This document shows, piece after piece, positions 21,826 to 32,825 of a stretch of 64,000 nucleotides of DNA. Origin of the DNA: an uncultured Alphaproteobacteria bacterium. GTDB lineage: Bacteria > Pseudomonadota > Alphaproteobacteria > HIMB59 > GCA-002718135. The translations under genes were made by a program, and so were the position numbers. The notes beneath the pieces were generated by a model. That model saw only the letters and a program-made list of their open reading frames with translations. It searched no databases and was not told the origin of the DNA. Position 1 is the stretch's first letter. Each line of letters begins with the position of its first letter. The stretch is taken from NCBI GenBank assembly GCA_902614375.1, contig CACMKZ010000004.1:380-64379 (forward strand), given 5' to 3'.

Positions 21826-22308
21826 TTATTTATTTTTCTTTCTGAATAAATAGGGTTCTTCAAAATCCCCAATCCATATACCCTTTTTATCTCGTTTTGC
21901 TTCTTCTTCTTCTTCAATATAATCTTTTGAATAATAGCGATAAGCTATCGCCCATCCATTCAGAACCATTGCACTATTTAAATCTAAATTATCTTTATAG
22001 CAGATTCCAATATATCTATTATATCGATCCTTACCCTTTGTGATGCATTCAATTTTATTATTTCCAATTAATTCCTTTAAGAACTTTGTTGATTCCACAC
22101 CACAATTCCAGAGTTTACTATTTTTATTACATGTTTGATTTGTCTCAGGGGCATCAATAGCATGCAGTCTTATTTTATTTTTATTAATATGTATAGTATC
22201 ACCATCAATTACTTTTGCTTTTCCAAATATAGTTTTGCCAGATGATACTGTGCTTAATGAAATTAAGATAAAAAATAAATTAAATATTAAGATTTTTACT
22301 ACCATCAA
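21826..22308 (-). CDS. Secreted thermonuclease (staphylococcal nuclease/SNase-like)
   Basis: A signal peptide is followed by GKAKVIDGDTIHINKNKIRLHAIDAPE...DRYNRYIGICY...LNSAMVLNGWA, the SNase OB-fold signature. Confidence 0.8.
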   Translation of the reverse strand: MMVVKILIFNLFFILISLSTVSSGKTIFGKAKVIDGDTIHINKNKIRLHAIDAPETNQTCNKNSKLWNCGVESTKFLKELIGNNKIECITKGKDRYNRYIGICYKDNLDLNSAMVLNGWAIAYRYYSKDYIEEEEEAKRDKKGIWIGDFEEPYLFRKKNK

Positions 22309-22855
22309 CTAATAAATCATAAACATATTTTGCATGTGATCTGTTTAAATGTAAATCTAATGAAGTTTCTTCTTTATCAGTATTATTTCTAATAAAAAGT
22401 ATTGGAATTTTTATAAATATAGTTTGAGCTACAGAAAAATTAGTTTCCAAAATTTTTTCTAAGTTCGCGACAAGAAATTTAGAAAGTAAAATAAATACCC
22501 TTTCCCCTTCAAGCCGTAAAACAGTTTTATTAAATGAAACATCAGTTATTGCCGTTTTTTCTGGATTAAGTTTAGATTCTAATAAAGAAATAATTTCATC
22601 TTTCTCATTTTCTGGTGTTTCTACTAACCATTCATTTGGACCAAGCCACATAATACTAATATTATTATTAAAAATTCTTACATTTGGCTCAATTGGTAAA
22701 ACCAGGTTTAATACTGAACCTATATTTTTCATAAATTCTTTATCTGAACTTTTACCTCGTATATTTATTTTACCTGATAAAGCTTTTTCTTCTATTGTTA
22801 CTCCATTGTAATTTTTTTTATTTATATTCAAAACATTACTGTAAGATAAACTCAT
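22280..22855 (-). CDS. soxG: Sarcosine oxidase gamma subunit
   Basis: WLGPNEWLV is present, and the gene takes the last position in the soxBDAG order. Confidence 0.8.
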   Translation of the reverse strand: MSLSYSNVLNINKKNYNGVTIEEKALSGKINIRGKSSDKEFMKNIGSVLNLVLPIEPNVRIFNNNISIMWLGPNEWLVETPENEKDEIISLLESKLNPEKTAITDVSFNKTVLRLEGERVFILLSKFLVANLEKILETNFSVAQTIFIKIPILFIRNNTDKEETSLDLHLNRSHAKYVYDLLVDGSKNLNI

Positions 22856-25842
22856 TGATTAACCCTTTGATTCTCAGGATCAATAAATATTGGACTAGTT
22901 ATTTCTACTTCAATATTTTCATTTTCCATTGGAGCAATTAAAACACTTCCTTTTTTTTCAAGACCACCTTTGATTAAAGCTAAAGCAAAAGAGCTTTTTA
23001 AATTAGGTGAATAGTAACTAGAGGTCACGTGGCCGACCATTTTCATAGGTAGGGCAGTTATTTCTTCAACCAGTTGAGCTCCTTCTTCAAGAACCTTATT
23101 TGGATCTTTAGTTCTTAATCCAACTAATTGTTTCCTATCTTTTTTAATAGTATCACTTCTATATAATGCCCTTTTACCAATAAAATCATATTTCTTCTTA
23201 CTAACTATCCAGTCCATATCTAGATCTATTGGTGTCACTGACCCATCTGTTTCTTGACCAACAATAATAAATCCTTTTTCAGCACGAAGTACATGCATCG
23301 CTTCAGTACCATATGGCGTAATATTAAATTCCTTGCCTTTATCTATACAAAGTTCCCAAAGATTTTTAGCATAGCCTGAAGGCACATTTATTTCATAACA
23401 CATTTCCCCAGTAAAACTTATACGCATTACTCTACATTTTATTCTGTTAATATTAATACTCTTAAAACTCATATGAGGAAAATTTTCTTTTGAAAAATCA
23501 AAATCTGGAACTAGTTTTTGCATTAATTTTTTTGAATTTGGGCCATTTAAGCTTATCGTTCCATAATTTTCTGTTACGGATGTTAAATATACTTCTAACT
23601 CTGGCCATTCTGTTTGTAACCAATCTTCTAATTTTGACATTACTGATGCCGCATTTCCTGTAGTTGTTGACATAAGATAGTGATACTTATCTATTCTAGT
23701 TGTTACACCATCATCAATAACCATTCCGTCGTCACCTAACATTACACCATATCGACATTTTCCTATTTCTAATTTTGACCATGAGTTTGTGTAAACTCTA
23801 TTTAAAAATTCACTTACATCTCTACCCTTAATATCTATTTTACCAAGAGTTGATGCATCTAATATTCCTAGACTATCTCTAGTTGCTTTTACCTCTCTAT
23901 TTAAAGCAGATTGAAAACTTTCATTCTTTTGAGGATAATACCAGGCTCTTTTCCATTGGCCTACGTCCTCAAATAAAGCTTTATTATCAATATGCCATTG
24001 ATGCATTGGGCTTGTTCTCTCTAAATCAAAAAATTCTTTAATATGACGCCCAGCAATTGCTCCAAATGTTACTGGTTTATAGGGTAAACGAAATGTTGTT
24101 GTACCTAATTCAGAGATTTCAGTGTTTGTTAATTCTGAGATTATTCCAAGTGTATTAACATTACTGGTCTTGCCTTGATCAGTTGCCATTCCTGTAGTTG
24201 TATATCGTTTGACATGTTCAATGGATTGAAAACCCTCTTTTAAAGCTAGTTTAATATCTTTTGCTGTTACATCGTTTTGAAAATCTACAAACATTTTTGT
24301 TCTTGAGATACTGTTCTTTGATGTAATCCAAACATTTTCGTGTTTGCCATGCTTTACATTATCTGATTTGTAATTTACTTCACCAATTTCATTTTGCTGA
24401 TTATCGTTTAAATATTTATATGTATCTACTTCAGTTTTTATTAATATTTCATTTAAATTATAGTCACCATTGCAACTTCCAACACACAATGTATCTTGAT
24501 AAACTTCATTAGGAATAAAACTTCCATCTACATCTCTAAATTTGAGTTTTCCTTTTGATTGAGTAAATAAATGAACAGTAGGAGTCCAACCACCAGCAAT
24601 TGCTAAAAGATCGCATTTAATATTAATAGAAGATTTTTCATTATTGTTTTCAGTTTTTATTTTTCTTAATTTAACTTCTCTAATTTTTAATCTTCCAACG
24701 GTATCACTAATTTCATAACCTTTTAGTATAGTAATACCTAATTTATTTGCTTTTTTAGGGTAATATCCATCACTATCATCTCTTGTATCGACAATAGCCT
24801 CTACTTTTATACCTTGTTCAAAAAAATCTATTGCGGTTTCATAGGCACTATCATTGTTTGTAAAAAAAACTAAATTTTTTCCAGGTGCAACTCCATACTT
24901 ATTTAAGTATTTTTTCGCACTGTTTGAAAGCATAATACCAGGCCTATCATTATTGTTAAAAATTATTGGTCTTTCTATTGTACCTGTTGCTAAAATAACT
25001 TTCTTTGATCTAATTTTCCAAATTCTTTCTTTAATATCGTTTTTTTTATATAATCCTTTTTCTGGATCAATTTCTTGGACAGCTAATAATAAATTATAAT
25101 TTAAATAAGCAAAACAAGTTGTATTTTTTACTATTTTTATATTTGAATTTTTAGAAAGTTTATCAACGATTTTATTTTTCCATTCATTAATTGGAAAGTT
25201 ATCTATTTTAATATTTTGATTTCTTGTAGATAAAATTTCACCTCCGAGATCGTCTTCTTGCTCAATAAGTAATACTTTATAATTATTATTCGCTGCAATT
25301 TCTGCTGAAATTAATCCACTCACTCCTGCTCCAACAACTAGAACATCACAATGATAATGAAAATGTTCGTATTTGTGGGGATCATCTTTTTTAGGAGATT
25401 TACCAAGTCCTGCAGCATGTCTTATAAAAAACTCATATGCCTTCCAAAACTTTGGTGGCCACATAAAGGTCTTGTAATAGAACCCTGCAGGAAAAAATGG
25501 TGATAGTAAATCATTTATAGCGCCTGCATCAAATTTCACTGACGGCCAATTATTTTGACTAAAGGCTTTTAACCCCTCATATATCTGGACTTCAGTCACT
25601 CTTCTATTAGGTTCGGTATATTCTTTAGTCTCAAGCTGAACTATTCCATTAGGTTCTTCACTACCTGCGGTATAAATACCCCGCGGTCGATGATATTTAA
25701 AACTTCTTCCTACTAAGTGAACATCATTTGCAAGAAGTGCTGAAGCTAAGGTGTCACCTTCAAATCCAAAATATTCTTTATTATCAAAATAAAATCTAAC
25801 AGACTTATTATTTTCGAGATTTTTATTATTTTTGTATCGCAT
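22852..25842 (-). CDS. soxA: Sarcosine oxidase alpha subunit
   Basis: The 996-aa protein has an N-terminal 2Fe-2S-like region, a VVGAGVSGL dinucleotide fold and a C-terminal GcvT-like THF domain. Confidence 0.93.
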   Translation of the reverse strand: MRYKNNKNLENNKSVRFYFDNKEYFGFEGDTLASALLANDVHLVGRSFKYHRPRGIYTAGSEEPNGIVQLETKEYTEPNRRVTEVQIYEGLKAFSQNNWPSVKFDAGAINDLLSPFFPAGFYYKTFMWPPKFWKAYEFFIRHAAGLGKSPKKDDPHKYEHFHYHCDVLVVGAGVSGLISAEIAANNNYKVLLIEQEDDLGGEILSTRNQNIKIDNFPINEWKNKIVDKLSKNSNIKIVKNTTCFAYLNYNLLLAVQEIDPEKGLYKKNDIKERIWKIRSKKVILATGTIERPIIFNNNDRPGIMLSNSAKKYLNKYGVAPGKNLVFFTNNDSAYETAIDFFEQGIKVEAIVDTRDDSDGYYPKKANKLGITILKGYEISDTVGRLKIREVKLRKIKTENNNEKSSINIKCDLLAIAGGWTPTVHLFTQSKGKLKFRDVDGSFIPNEVYQDTLCVGSCNGDYNLNEILIKTEVDTYKYLNDNQQNEIGEVNYKSDNVKHGKHENVWITSKNSISRTKMFVDFQNDVTAKDIKLALKEGFQSIEHVKRYTTTGMATDQGKTSNVNTLGIISELTNTEISELGTTTFRLPYKPVTFGAIAGRHIKEFFDLERTSPMHQWHIDNKALFEDVGQWKRAWYYPQKNESFQSALNREVKATRDSLGILDASTLGKIDIKGRDVSEFLNRVYTNSWSKLEIGKCRYGVMLGDDGMVIDDGVTTRIDKYHYLMSTTTGNAASVMSKLEDWLQTEWPELEVYLTSVTENYGTISLNGPNSKKLMQKLVPDFDFSKENFPHMSFKSININRIKCRVMRISFTGEMCYEINVPSGYAKNLWELCIDKGKEFNITPYGTEAMHVLRAEKGFIIVGQETDGSVTPIDLDMDWIVSKKKYDFIGKRALYRSDTIKKDRKQLVGLRTKDPNKVLEEGAQLVEEITALPMKMVGHVTSSYYSPNLKSSFALALIKGGLEKKGSVLIAPMENENIEVEITSPIFIDPENQRVNQ

Positions 25843-25850
25843 CTTTATTT

Positions 25851-26207
25851 TTAAAATCTATCTTTTTTTGATGTTGATAAATTCCCTGATCCAATACTTG
25901 GCTCACCTGAAGGAGTAGCTGGAATATTTGCTTTTAATTTAGGAGGAGCTTCTCCCATCTTATATACTGCTAGAATTTCATCGGTTGAAGTATTTCTAGC
26001 TAAATTAAACCATTGTCTGCATCCATATTCATGGTTCCATCTTTCATAATGAATACCTTTTTCGTTCTTTCGCAAGAATAAATATTCTGCCCATTGATCA
26101 TCAGAGAGTTCAGGAGGATTTTTTGGTCTTGCAATATGAGCCTCACCTCCACAAGAAAATTCAGCTTGATCTCTTTCTCCACAGTATGGGCAATTTATTA
26201 AAAACAT
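25851..26207 (-). CDS. soxD: Sarcosine oxidase delta subunit
   Basis: MFLINCPYCGERDQAEFSCGGEAHIARP...ERWNHEYGCRQWFN is present. Confidence 0.9.
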   Translation of the reverse strand: MFLINCPYCGERDQAEFSCGGEAHIARPKNPPELSDDQWAEYLFLRKNEKGIHYERWNHEYGCRQWFNLARNTSTDEILAVYKMGEAPPKLKANIPATPSGEPSIGSGNLSTSKKDRF

Positions 26208-26210
26208 GAT

Positions 26211-27470
26211 TTAATGTGCTACGGCAGCTGCACCATGTTCATCAACTAATTCACCGCTAGAAAATCTATTTATTGTAAAAGGAGCATTTAATTCATGGGC
26301 TTGATCATTAGCTATAGTGTGAGCAAATACCCAACCAGAACCTGGTGTCGCTTTGAAACCACCTGTTCCCCAACCACAATTAAAATATAGTCCGTTTATG
26401 TGAGTTTTACTGATAATGGGGCTTGCATCAGGACATATATCTACAATCCCTCCCCAATGACGAAGCATTTTCATTCTAGAAAATATTGGAAACAATTCAA
26501 CTATCGCCATTAAAGTATCTTCAACAATGTTAAAGCCACCTCTTTGAGTATATGATGTATATCCATCTGTTCCAGCACCAATAACTAATTCTCCTTTATC
26601 TGATTGAGATACATACGCATGAATTGTATTGGACATTACTACAGTATCAATAACTGGTTTTACTGGTTCTGAAACTAGAGCTTGCAATGGCTTACTCTCT
26701 AAAGGTAATTTAATTCCGGCCATATTGGCAATAACACTGGTATGACCTGCAGCTGCTATTCCAATTTTATTTGAATTAATAGTTCCTTTTGTTGTCTCAA
26801 TACCAGTTACATTTCCATTTTTTACATTAATACCAGTTACTTCACAATTTTGAATTATATCAACCCCCATCTCATCAGCTCCTCTTGCATAACCCCATGC
26901 AACAGCATCATGTCTTGCAGTTCCTGCTCTTCTTTGTAGTGTTGCTCCTAAAACAGGATATCTAATATTTGGTGAAGTATTTATTATTGGACAAAATTCT
27001 TTAACTTTCTTTGTATCAAGCCATTCACAATCAATATCATTTAGTCTGTTTGCATGCCAACGTCTTTTTAATTCTCTTACATCATGAAGATTATGAGCAA
27101 CATTCAAAACTCCTCTTTGAGAAAACATTACGTTGTAATTTAATTCTTGAGACATGCCTTCCCAAAGTTTTAATGCATGCTCGTATAAAGCTGCACTTTG
27201 ATCCCATAAATAGTTTGATCGAATTATAGTGGTATTTCGCCCTGTATTCCCTCCGCCTATCCAACCTTTTTCAATTACTGCAATATTTTTAATTCCATGG
27301 TTTTTTGCTAAATAGTAAGCAGTAGTTAAACCGTGACCACCACCACCGACTATTATTGCATCATAACTTTTTTTTGGTTCAGGACTATTCCACGTCTTTT
27401 GCCAATTCTCATGATGATTTAAAGCGTTTCTAGCAATAGAAAGAAATGAGTATTTATTATTATTAAACAT
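26211..27470 (-). CDS. soxB: Sarcosine oxidase beta subunit
   Basis: [21 protein letters not shown] is present, with similarity to heterotetrameric SoxB across the full length. Confidence 0.93.
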   Translation of the reverse strand: MFNNNKYSFLSIARNALNHHENWQKTWNSPEPKKSYDAIIVGGGGHGLTTAYYLAKNHGIKNIAVIEKGWIGGGNTGRNTTIIRSNYLWDQSAALYEHALKLWEGMSQELNYNVMFSQRGVLNVAHNLHDVRELKRRWHANRLNDIDCEWLDTKKVKEFCPIINTSPNIRYPVLGATLQRRAGTARHDAVAWGYARGADEMGVDIIQNCEVTGINVKNGNVTGIETTKGTINSNKIGIAAAGHTSVIANMAGIKLPLESKPLQALVSEPVKPVIDTVVMSNTIHAYVSQSDKGELVIGAGTDGYTSYTQRGGFNIVEDTLMAIVELFPIFSRMKMLRHWGGIVDICPDASPIISKTHINGLYFNCGWGTGGFKATPGSGWVFAHTIANDQAHELNAPFTINRFSSGELVDEHGAAAVAH

Positions 27471-27490
27471 TATAACTCTTTATAGCAGTT

Positions 27491-29164
27491 TTAAAAAAGA
27501 CCTTCAATTTCTCCATGGTCATTTAGCTTTATCGAATTTGCCGCAGGAACACTTGGTAGACCCGGCATGGTCATAATATCACCGCAAACAACTACTATAA
27601 ATTCTGCTCCTGATGACAATCTTACCTCTCTAATAGGTAAAACGTGGCCAGTAGGGGCACCTTTTAAATTAGGGTCAGTTGAAAAACTATATTGAGTCTT
27701 TGCAATGCAAACAGGTAATTTGCCAAATCCTTTAGTTTCAAAATCCTTCAATTGTTGACGTACTTTCGTATCTGCAACAACTTCACTTGCGTGATAAATC
27801 TCTTGTGCAATTTTTTCTATTTTTTTGAATAGAGTTAAATCATCTTCATATAAAAATTTAAATGTATTCTTATTATCTTCACAAATATCTATCACATTTT
27901 GAGCTAATTCAGTTGCACCATCACCACCATCGGACCAGTGAGTACACATAGAAGCCTTGACTCCTTGAGTTGTACAAAAACTTAGAACGGCATCAACTTC
28001 AGCTTTAGAATCAGTGACAAAATGATTAATAGCAACAGTTACTGGTAATCCAAATTTTCTAACATTATTAATATGTCTTTCTAGATTTACTAAACCTTTT
28101 TTAAGAGCATTTACATTTTCATTTTTTAAATCTTCTTTTGAAACATCGCCATGCATTTTTAGTGCTCTAATTGTAGCTACCAAAACCACACAATCAGGTT
28201 TTAAATTTGATTTTCTACATTTTATATCAAGGAATTTTTCTGCTCCTAGATCAGCACCAAAGCCTGCTTCAGTTACAACGTAATCACTTAATTTTAAACT
28301 AGCTTTAGTTGCAATTACAGAATTGCAACCATGAGCAATATTTGCAAATGGCCCACCATGAATTATAGCAGGATTATTTTCTAACGTTTGTGTTATGTTG
28401 GGTCTAATGGCATCTTTTAATAATACTGTCATTGGACCTTCTGCCTTTAAATCTTTTGCATAAATAGCTTTTTTGTCTCGTGTATAAGCAATAGTTATAT
28501 TTCCAATTCTCTCTTCAAGATCTTTTAAATCTTTTGCTAAGCAGAAGATTGCCATTATCTCCGATGCAACGGTAATATCAAAACCATCTTGTCTAGGATA
28601 TCCATTTGCAACTCCTCCTAAATCAACAACAATAGATCTAAGTGATCTATCATTCATATCCATTACTCTCTTCCAAACAACCCTTCTAACATCAATATTT
28701 AATTTATTTCCCCAGTAGATATGATTATCAATTAATGCAGAAAGTAAATTATGAGCGGATGTAATTGCATGAAAATCTCCTGTAAAATGTAAATTAATTT
28801 GCTCCATTGGTACTACTTGAGCATAGCCTCCACCCGCTGCACCACCTTTCATACCGAATGATGGTCCAAGACTCGGCTCTCTTAAACAAACTATTGATTT
28901 CTTTCCTAGTTTATTAAGACCATCACTTAATCCAACAGAAGTTGTTGTTTTACCTTCTCCTGCTGGTGTTGGAGTTATTGCTGAGACTAGAACAAGTCTA
29001 CCATCTTTATTTTTATTAAGTGACTCTATGTACTCCAAGTTTATTTTTGCTATATGACGACCCATAGGACTGAAGGCTTCAGGTGTGTCTGGTACATCAA
29101 GCCCTTTTAGAATTTCACTAATAGGCTTCATTTTAGCTTTTCTTGCTATTTCAATATCTGACAT
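27491..29164 (-). CDS. fhs: Formate--tetrahydrofolate ligase
   Basis: [36 protein letters not shown] and [15 protein letters not shown] are present. An AAGGAG SD precedes the start. Confidence 0.97.
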   Translation of the reverse strand: MSDIEIARKAKMKPISEILKGLDVPDTPEAFSPMGRHIAKINLEYIESLNKNKDGRLVLVSAITPTPAGEGKTTTSVGLSDGLNKLGKKSIVCLREPSLGPSFGMKGGAAGGGYAQVVPMEQINLHFTGDFHAITSAHNLLSALIDNHIYWGNKLNIDVRRVVWKRVMDMNDRSLRSIVVDLGGVANGYPRQDGFDITVASEIMAIFCLAKDLKDLEERIGNITIAYTRDKKAIYAKDLKAEGPMTVLLKDAIRPNITQTLENNPAIIHGGPFANIAHGCNSVIATKASLKLSDYVVTEAGFGADLGAEKFLDIKCRKSNLKPDCVVLVATIRALKMHGDVSKEDLKNENVNALKKGLVNLERHINNVRKFGLPVTVAINHFVTDSKAEVDAVLSFCTTQGVKASMCTHWSDGGDGATELAQNVIDICEDNKNTFKFLYEDDLTLFKKIEKIAQEIYHASEVVADTKVRQQLKDFETKGFGKLPVCIAKTQYSFSTDPNLKGAPTGHVLPIREVRLSSGAEFIVVVCGDIMTMPGLPSVPAANSIKLNDHGEIEGLF

Positions 29165-29257
29165 GAGACTCCTTAATTATTAGATTCTTAATCTATAAAT
29201 TAACTTAAATATCAAACAACTTTTGTTTCATTAAAAGATAAAAAAATTGTGAAGAAG

Positions 29258-30151
29258 CTAATTTAACTCGAATTTCTGTTTATTATTATAAGAAAAATCT
29301 GAGTTATTAAATTGATTTAACCACTCTGATGTTTTTTTCATACCACCAAACGCATAGAAGTGTATTTTTTCAAGTTTAGAGTCTTTGTTTATTTCGCTAT
29401 GTTCAGCAAGATCATAAATTAATTTGTCAGGAGTGCTCAATGTTGCAAGTTTAGTTAAGTTAAAAGCCTGTTTTGTAATAAATCTTAAAGAATTTCCAAT
29501 ACCGCAAGACCTTGCATAATTTACTAATGTTTTAATAGAGGCAGGACCTGGTATCCCAGCGTGGATTGGTAATTTATTTCCAATTTTTACTAAGTGTTTT
29601 TCCCAGTCGATTAAAGATTTAGCTTCAAAAAAAAATTGTGTTGCTAAATACATTTTAAAATCAACATTTTTTGCAAAATCATTCTTCTGTTTAATTGCTA
29701 AATCTAAATTTTCATTTGAAATATCTGGGCTTCCTTCAGGATGTCCAGCCACACCTACAAATTGATAATTATATTTTGAAAGAAAATCTGTTTTTAAAAC
29801 ATCAATTGAGGAAGAGATTTCGCCAGCTTGATTTCCACCACCACCAATAATTAAAATTTTTGAACACCCAGATTCATTTGCAAGTTCACCAATATATTTT
29901 TCTAAGTCATTTTTATTTACAATAGTTCTCGCAGGCAAATGAGGTATAACATCATAACCTTCTAATTTTAATTTTTTTGCCGTTCTAATAACATTTTTTG
30001 AATTTTCATCTGGTAAATAAGTTATATAAACGTCATGATTTTTATTAAGAAATTCAGAAAAGCCCCCATATTTTTCATAAACATTTGGAGTTGTTTCTAT
30101 AGAATAACTATTGAGAAAATTTTTAACAATATTAATGGTTTCTTTAGACAT
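29258..30151 (-). CDS. metF: Methylenetetrahydrofolate reductase family protein
   Basis: The N-terminus (SIETTP...) and barrel pattern (ILIIGG, VGVAGHPEG) resemble MTHFR. The context is next to fhs and the sox genes. Confidence 0.65.
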   Translation of the reverse strand: MSKETINIVKNFLNSYSIETTPNVYEKYGGFSEFLNKNHDVYITYLPDENSKNVIRTAKKLKLEGYDVIPHLPARTIVNKNDLEKYIGELANESGCSKILIIGGGGNQAGEISSSIDVLKTDFLSKYNYQFVGVAGHPEGSPDISNENLDLAIKQKNDFAKNVDFKMYLATQFFFEAKSLIDWEKHLVKIGNKLPIHAGIPGPASIKTLVNYARSCGIGNSLRFITKQAFNLTKLATLSTPDKLIYDLAEHSEINKDSKLEKIHFYAFGGMKKTSEWLNQFNNSDFSYNNKQKFELN

Positions 30152-30184
30152 AAATTTTAAAAGTTTTTTATATTAATTAGATAA

Positions 30185-31120
30185 ATGAACAACAAGTACT
30201 TTACTATAATTACTTTTTATCAATTCAAAATAATTAAAGATAAAAATGATATCATTACTAAACTTAAAGATTTTTGCAAATTTAATAAAATAAAAGGTAC
30301 AATATTGATTGCTGATGAAGGCATTAATGGAACAATAGCTGGCTTAGAAAAAAATATAAATTCTTTCATTCTATATCTTGAAAATTTTAGTTTTGAGAAA
30401 CTTAATCTTAAACGATCAAAATATAAATATATGCCTTTTCAAAAACTAAAAATTAGAGATAAAAATGAAATAGTCACACTCAGAACCAAATTTGCTGATC
30501 CTACAAAAATATCTGGAAAAAAAGTTAAATACAATGAATGGAATCAAGTAATTAAAGACAAAGACACTATTGTGATTGATGTAAGAAATGAATTTGAGGT
30601 TAAAATAGGATCTTTTGAAGGGGCAATTAATCCAAAAACTAAAAGTTTCACTGACTTTAAATCTTTTGTTCAAAAAAAACTAAATAAGTCAAAAGACAAA
30701 AAAATTGCAATGTTTTGCACTGGAGGTATCAGGTGTGAAAAGGCTTCATCATATATGATGATGAAGGGTTTTAAAAATGTTGTTCAGTTAGACGGAGGTA
30801 TACTAAAGTATTTAGAAAAAACTTCAAAAAAAGATTCAATGTGGAATGGTGAATGTTTCGTATTTGATGGAAGAGTATCTTTGAAAAATGAATTAAAAGA
30901 TGGAACTTATAAACTTTGTCATGCTTGTCGGTTACCCATTAGTATTAAAGATACTTATAATAAATATTATAAACCAGGTGTATCTTGTCATAATTGTTTT
31001 AATAAAACATCTGAAGAAAAGAAAAAAAACTTACTTGAAAGAAATAAACAAATTAAACTTGATAAAAAAAGAGGAAATTTTAACCGTTTTATTAAGCAGT
31101 CAATTTCTGATTATGAATAA
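30185..31120 (+). CDS. trhO: Rhodanese-domain protein of the UPF0176/TrhO family (tRNA uridine-34 hydroxylase)
   Basis: FYQF..I, GTILIADEGINGTIAG, a rhodanese loop FCTGGIRCEKAS and a C-terminal Cys cluster are present. Confidence 0.8.
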   Translation: MNNKYFTIITFYQFKIIKDKNDIITKLKDFCKFNKIKGTILIADEGINGTIAGLEKNINSFILYLENFSFEKLNLKRSKYKYMPFQKLKIRDKNEIVTLRTKFADPTKISGKKVKYNEWNQVIKDKDTIVIDVRNEFEVKIGSFEGAINPKTKSFTDFKSFVQKKLNKSKDKKIAMFCTGGIRCEKASSYMMMKGFKNVVQLDGGILKYLEKTSKKDSMWNGECFVFDGRVSLKNELKDGTYKLCHACRLPISIKDTYNKYYKPGVSCHNCFNKTSEEKKKNLLERNKQIKLDKKRGNFNRFIKQSISDYE

Positions 31121-31161
31121 ATAATACTTTATTTCATATAATTATTCTGTATAGACACCTC

Positions 31162-31356
31162 ATGGCAAAAAAAACTTCATTCGCTCTTAAACAACTAGTA
31201 CCTGAAGAAAATCCAAAAACAGGAACTAAGTATATTGTAAGAAAACCGACAAAAGGATTGAAAGTTGCTGAAAAGCTTCGAATGAAAAAATATGATCCTG
31301 TGTTAAAAAAACACGTTTGGTTCATAGAGAAAAAAATGCCTCCTCATAGTAAATAA
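31162..31356 (+). CDS. rpmG: 50S ribosomal protein L33
   Basis: The MAKK... start and LRMKKYDPVLKKHVWFIEKKM match the L33 C-terminal signature (L.KYDP..RKHV.F.E.K). Confidence 0.8.
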   Translation: MAKKTSFALKQLVPEENPKTGTKYIVRKPTKGLKVAEKLRMKKYDPVLKKHVWFIEKKMPPHSK

Positions 31357-31402
31357 TAGCTTTACCTCTTTAATTTATTCTAAATTAACATAATTTAAAC
31401 TT

Positions 31403-32824
31403 ATGGTAGCTACTTATGGAATTCATTGGTTTAGAAAAGATTTGCGATTACAAGAAAATCCATCTTTATTGTCACTTTCAAAAAAAGTTGATCAGATAAT
31501 TCCAATTTACATTTTAGATTTAAATCAAAGAATTGGATCCACATCCAAATGGTGGTTAGAAAAATCCTTAATTAGTTTATATGACTCAATACAAAAACAT
31601 AATGGGAAACTAAATATATTTGCTGGTGACCCAGAGAAAATTATATCTTCAATACTAAAGAATTCAAATGTTAAATATGTATCCTGGAATAGACTATATG
31701 ATCTATATTCAATTAAAAGAGATACTAAAATTAAATCTATAGTTACCTCATCTAAAATAGGATGCGACTCGCACAATGGATATCTTTTAAATGAACCTTG
31801 GAATATTAAAAATAAAAGTGGAACCTTTTTTAAAGTATTTACCCCTTACTGGCGACATTGTGATGAACTACTAAAACTAAAAGATCTTAAATTTAAAAAT
31901 ACAAAAATAAGCTACGCCAATTCAAAATTTAAAAATGAAATAACTATACAAGATTTAAATCTAACAAACAAAAAAGAGAAATGGATCAAAAAAATTGAAA
32001 AATATTGGATACCTGGTGAAAGTAATGCAAAATTACAATTAAAAAAATATATTTCGCAAAAAGCAAATAACTATTCAGTTGGAAGAGATAGACCCGATAA
32101 AGATTTAACTTCAAAATTATCACCTTATCTTCATTTTGGAGAAATATCCGCTTTGAAAGTTTATGATACCGTAAATATTGAAAAAAAAATTGATCCTGAA
32201 AATAAAAAAAAATTTCTTGCTGAACTTGGCTGGAGAGATTTTTCTTATAATCTTTTATTTCATTATCCAGATATGAGTCATAAACCTATACAAAGTAAAT
32301 TTAATAAATTTCCATGGATTAAAAATGCTAAAAATTTATCATTATGGCATAATGGTAAAACTGGTATTCCAATTGTTGATGCTGGAATGAGACAACTATA
32401 TCAAACAGGCTGGATGCATAATAGAGTAAGAATGATTGTAGGCTCGTTTCTAACAAAAAATTTATTGTTACACTGGAAAAATGGAGAAGAGTGGTTTTTT
32501 GATACTTTAGTTGATGCTGACGTTGGGTCTAATTCTGCAGGTTGGCAATGGATATCTGGTTGTGGTGCTGATGCAAGTCCATATTTTAGAATTTTTAATC
32601 CTATATTGCAGGGTCAAAAATTTGATCCAGATGGTGATTATGTAAAAGAATTTGTTCCTGAGTTGAATAATATTCCAAAAAAATATATTCATCATCCTTG
32701 GGACATGTCTATGGAGGATCAAAAGAAATATAATTTTGAGATTGGTACTTCATATCCAGCACCAATTGTAGATTTAAAAGAAACAAGAAATAGAGCATTA
32801 TCAGCGTTTAAAACTATTAGTTGA
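31403..32824 (+). CDS. phrB: Deoxyribodipyrimidine photolyase
   Basis: HWFRKDLRL.EN, LSPYLHFGEIS, WRDFSY, TGIPIVDAGMRQL..TGWMHNRVRM and NSAGWQW are present. Confidence 0.93.
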   Translation: MVATYGIHWFRKDLRLQENPSLLSLSKKVDQIIPIYILDLNQRIGSTSKWWLEKSLISLYDSIQKHNGKLNIFAGDPEKIISSILKNSNVKYVSWNRLYDLYSIKRDTKIKSIVTSSKIGCDSHNGYLLNEPWNIKNKSGTFFKVFTPYWRHCDELLKLKDLKFKNTKISYANSKFKNEITIQDLNLTNKKEKWIKKIEKYWIPGESNAKLQLKKYISQKANNYSVGRDRPDKDLTSKLSPYLHFGEISALKVYDTVNIEKKIDPENKKKFLAELGWRDFSYNLLFHYPDMSHKPIQSKFNKFPWIKNAKNLSLWHNGKTGIPIVDAGMRQLYQTGWMHNRVRMIVGSFLTKNLLLHWKNGEEWFFDTLVDADVGSNSAGWQWISGCGADASPYFRIFNPILQGQKFDPDGDYVKEFVPELNNIPKKYIHHPWDMSMEDQKKYNFEIGTSYPAPIVDLKETRNRALSAFKTIS

Positions 32825-32825
32825 T

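Noticed and set aside
29165-29257. A possible ZTP (pfl) or THF riboswitch in the 93-nt leader of fhs. These classes regulate folate and C1 genes elsewhere.
   Set aside because: I see no GC-rich conserved core (nothing like the GGGTCGTGAC...CCGCCTGGGCA elements of ZTP). The region is nearly all A/T, with only a weak 6-bp AAACAA/TTGTTT hairpin and the fhs SD. A covariance-model scan would be needed to exclude it formally.
31134-31325. A 63-aa ORF antisense to rpmG.
   Set aside because: The + strand frame has the clear L33 signature and an appropriate start. The antisense product is hydrophobic nonsense.
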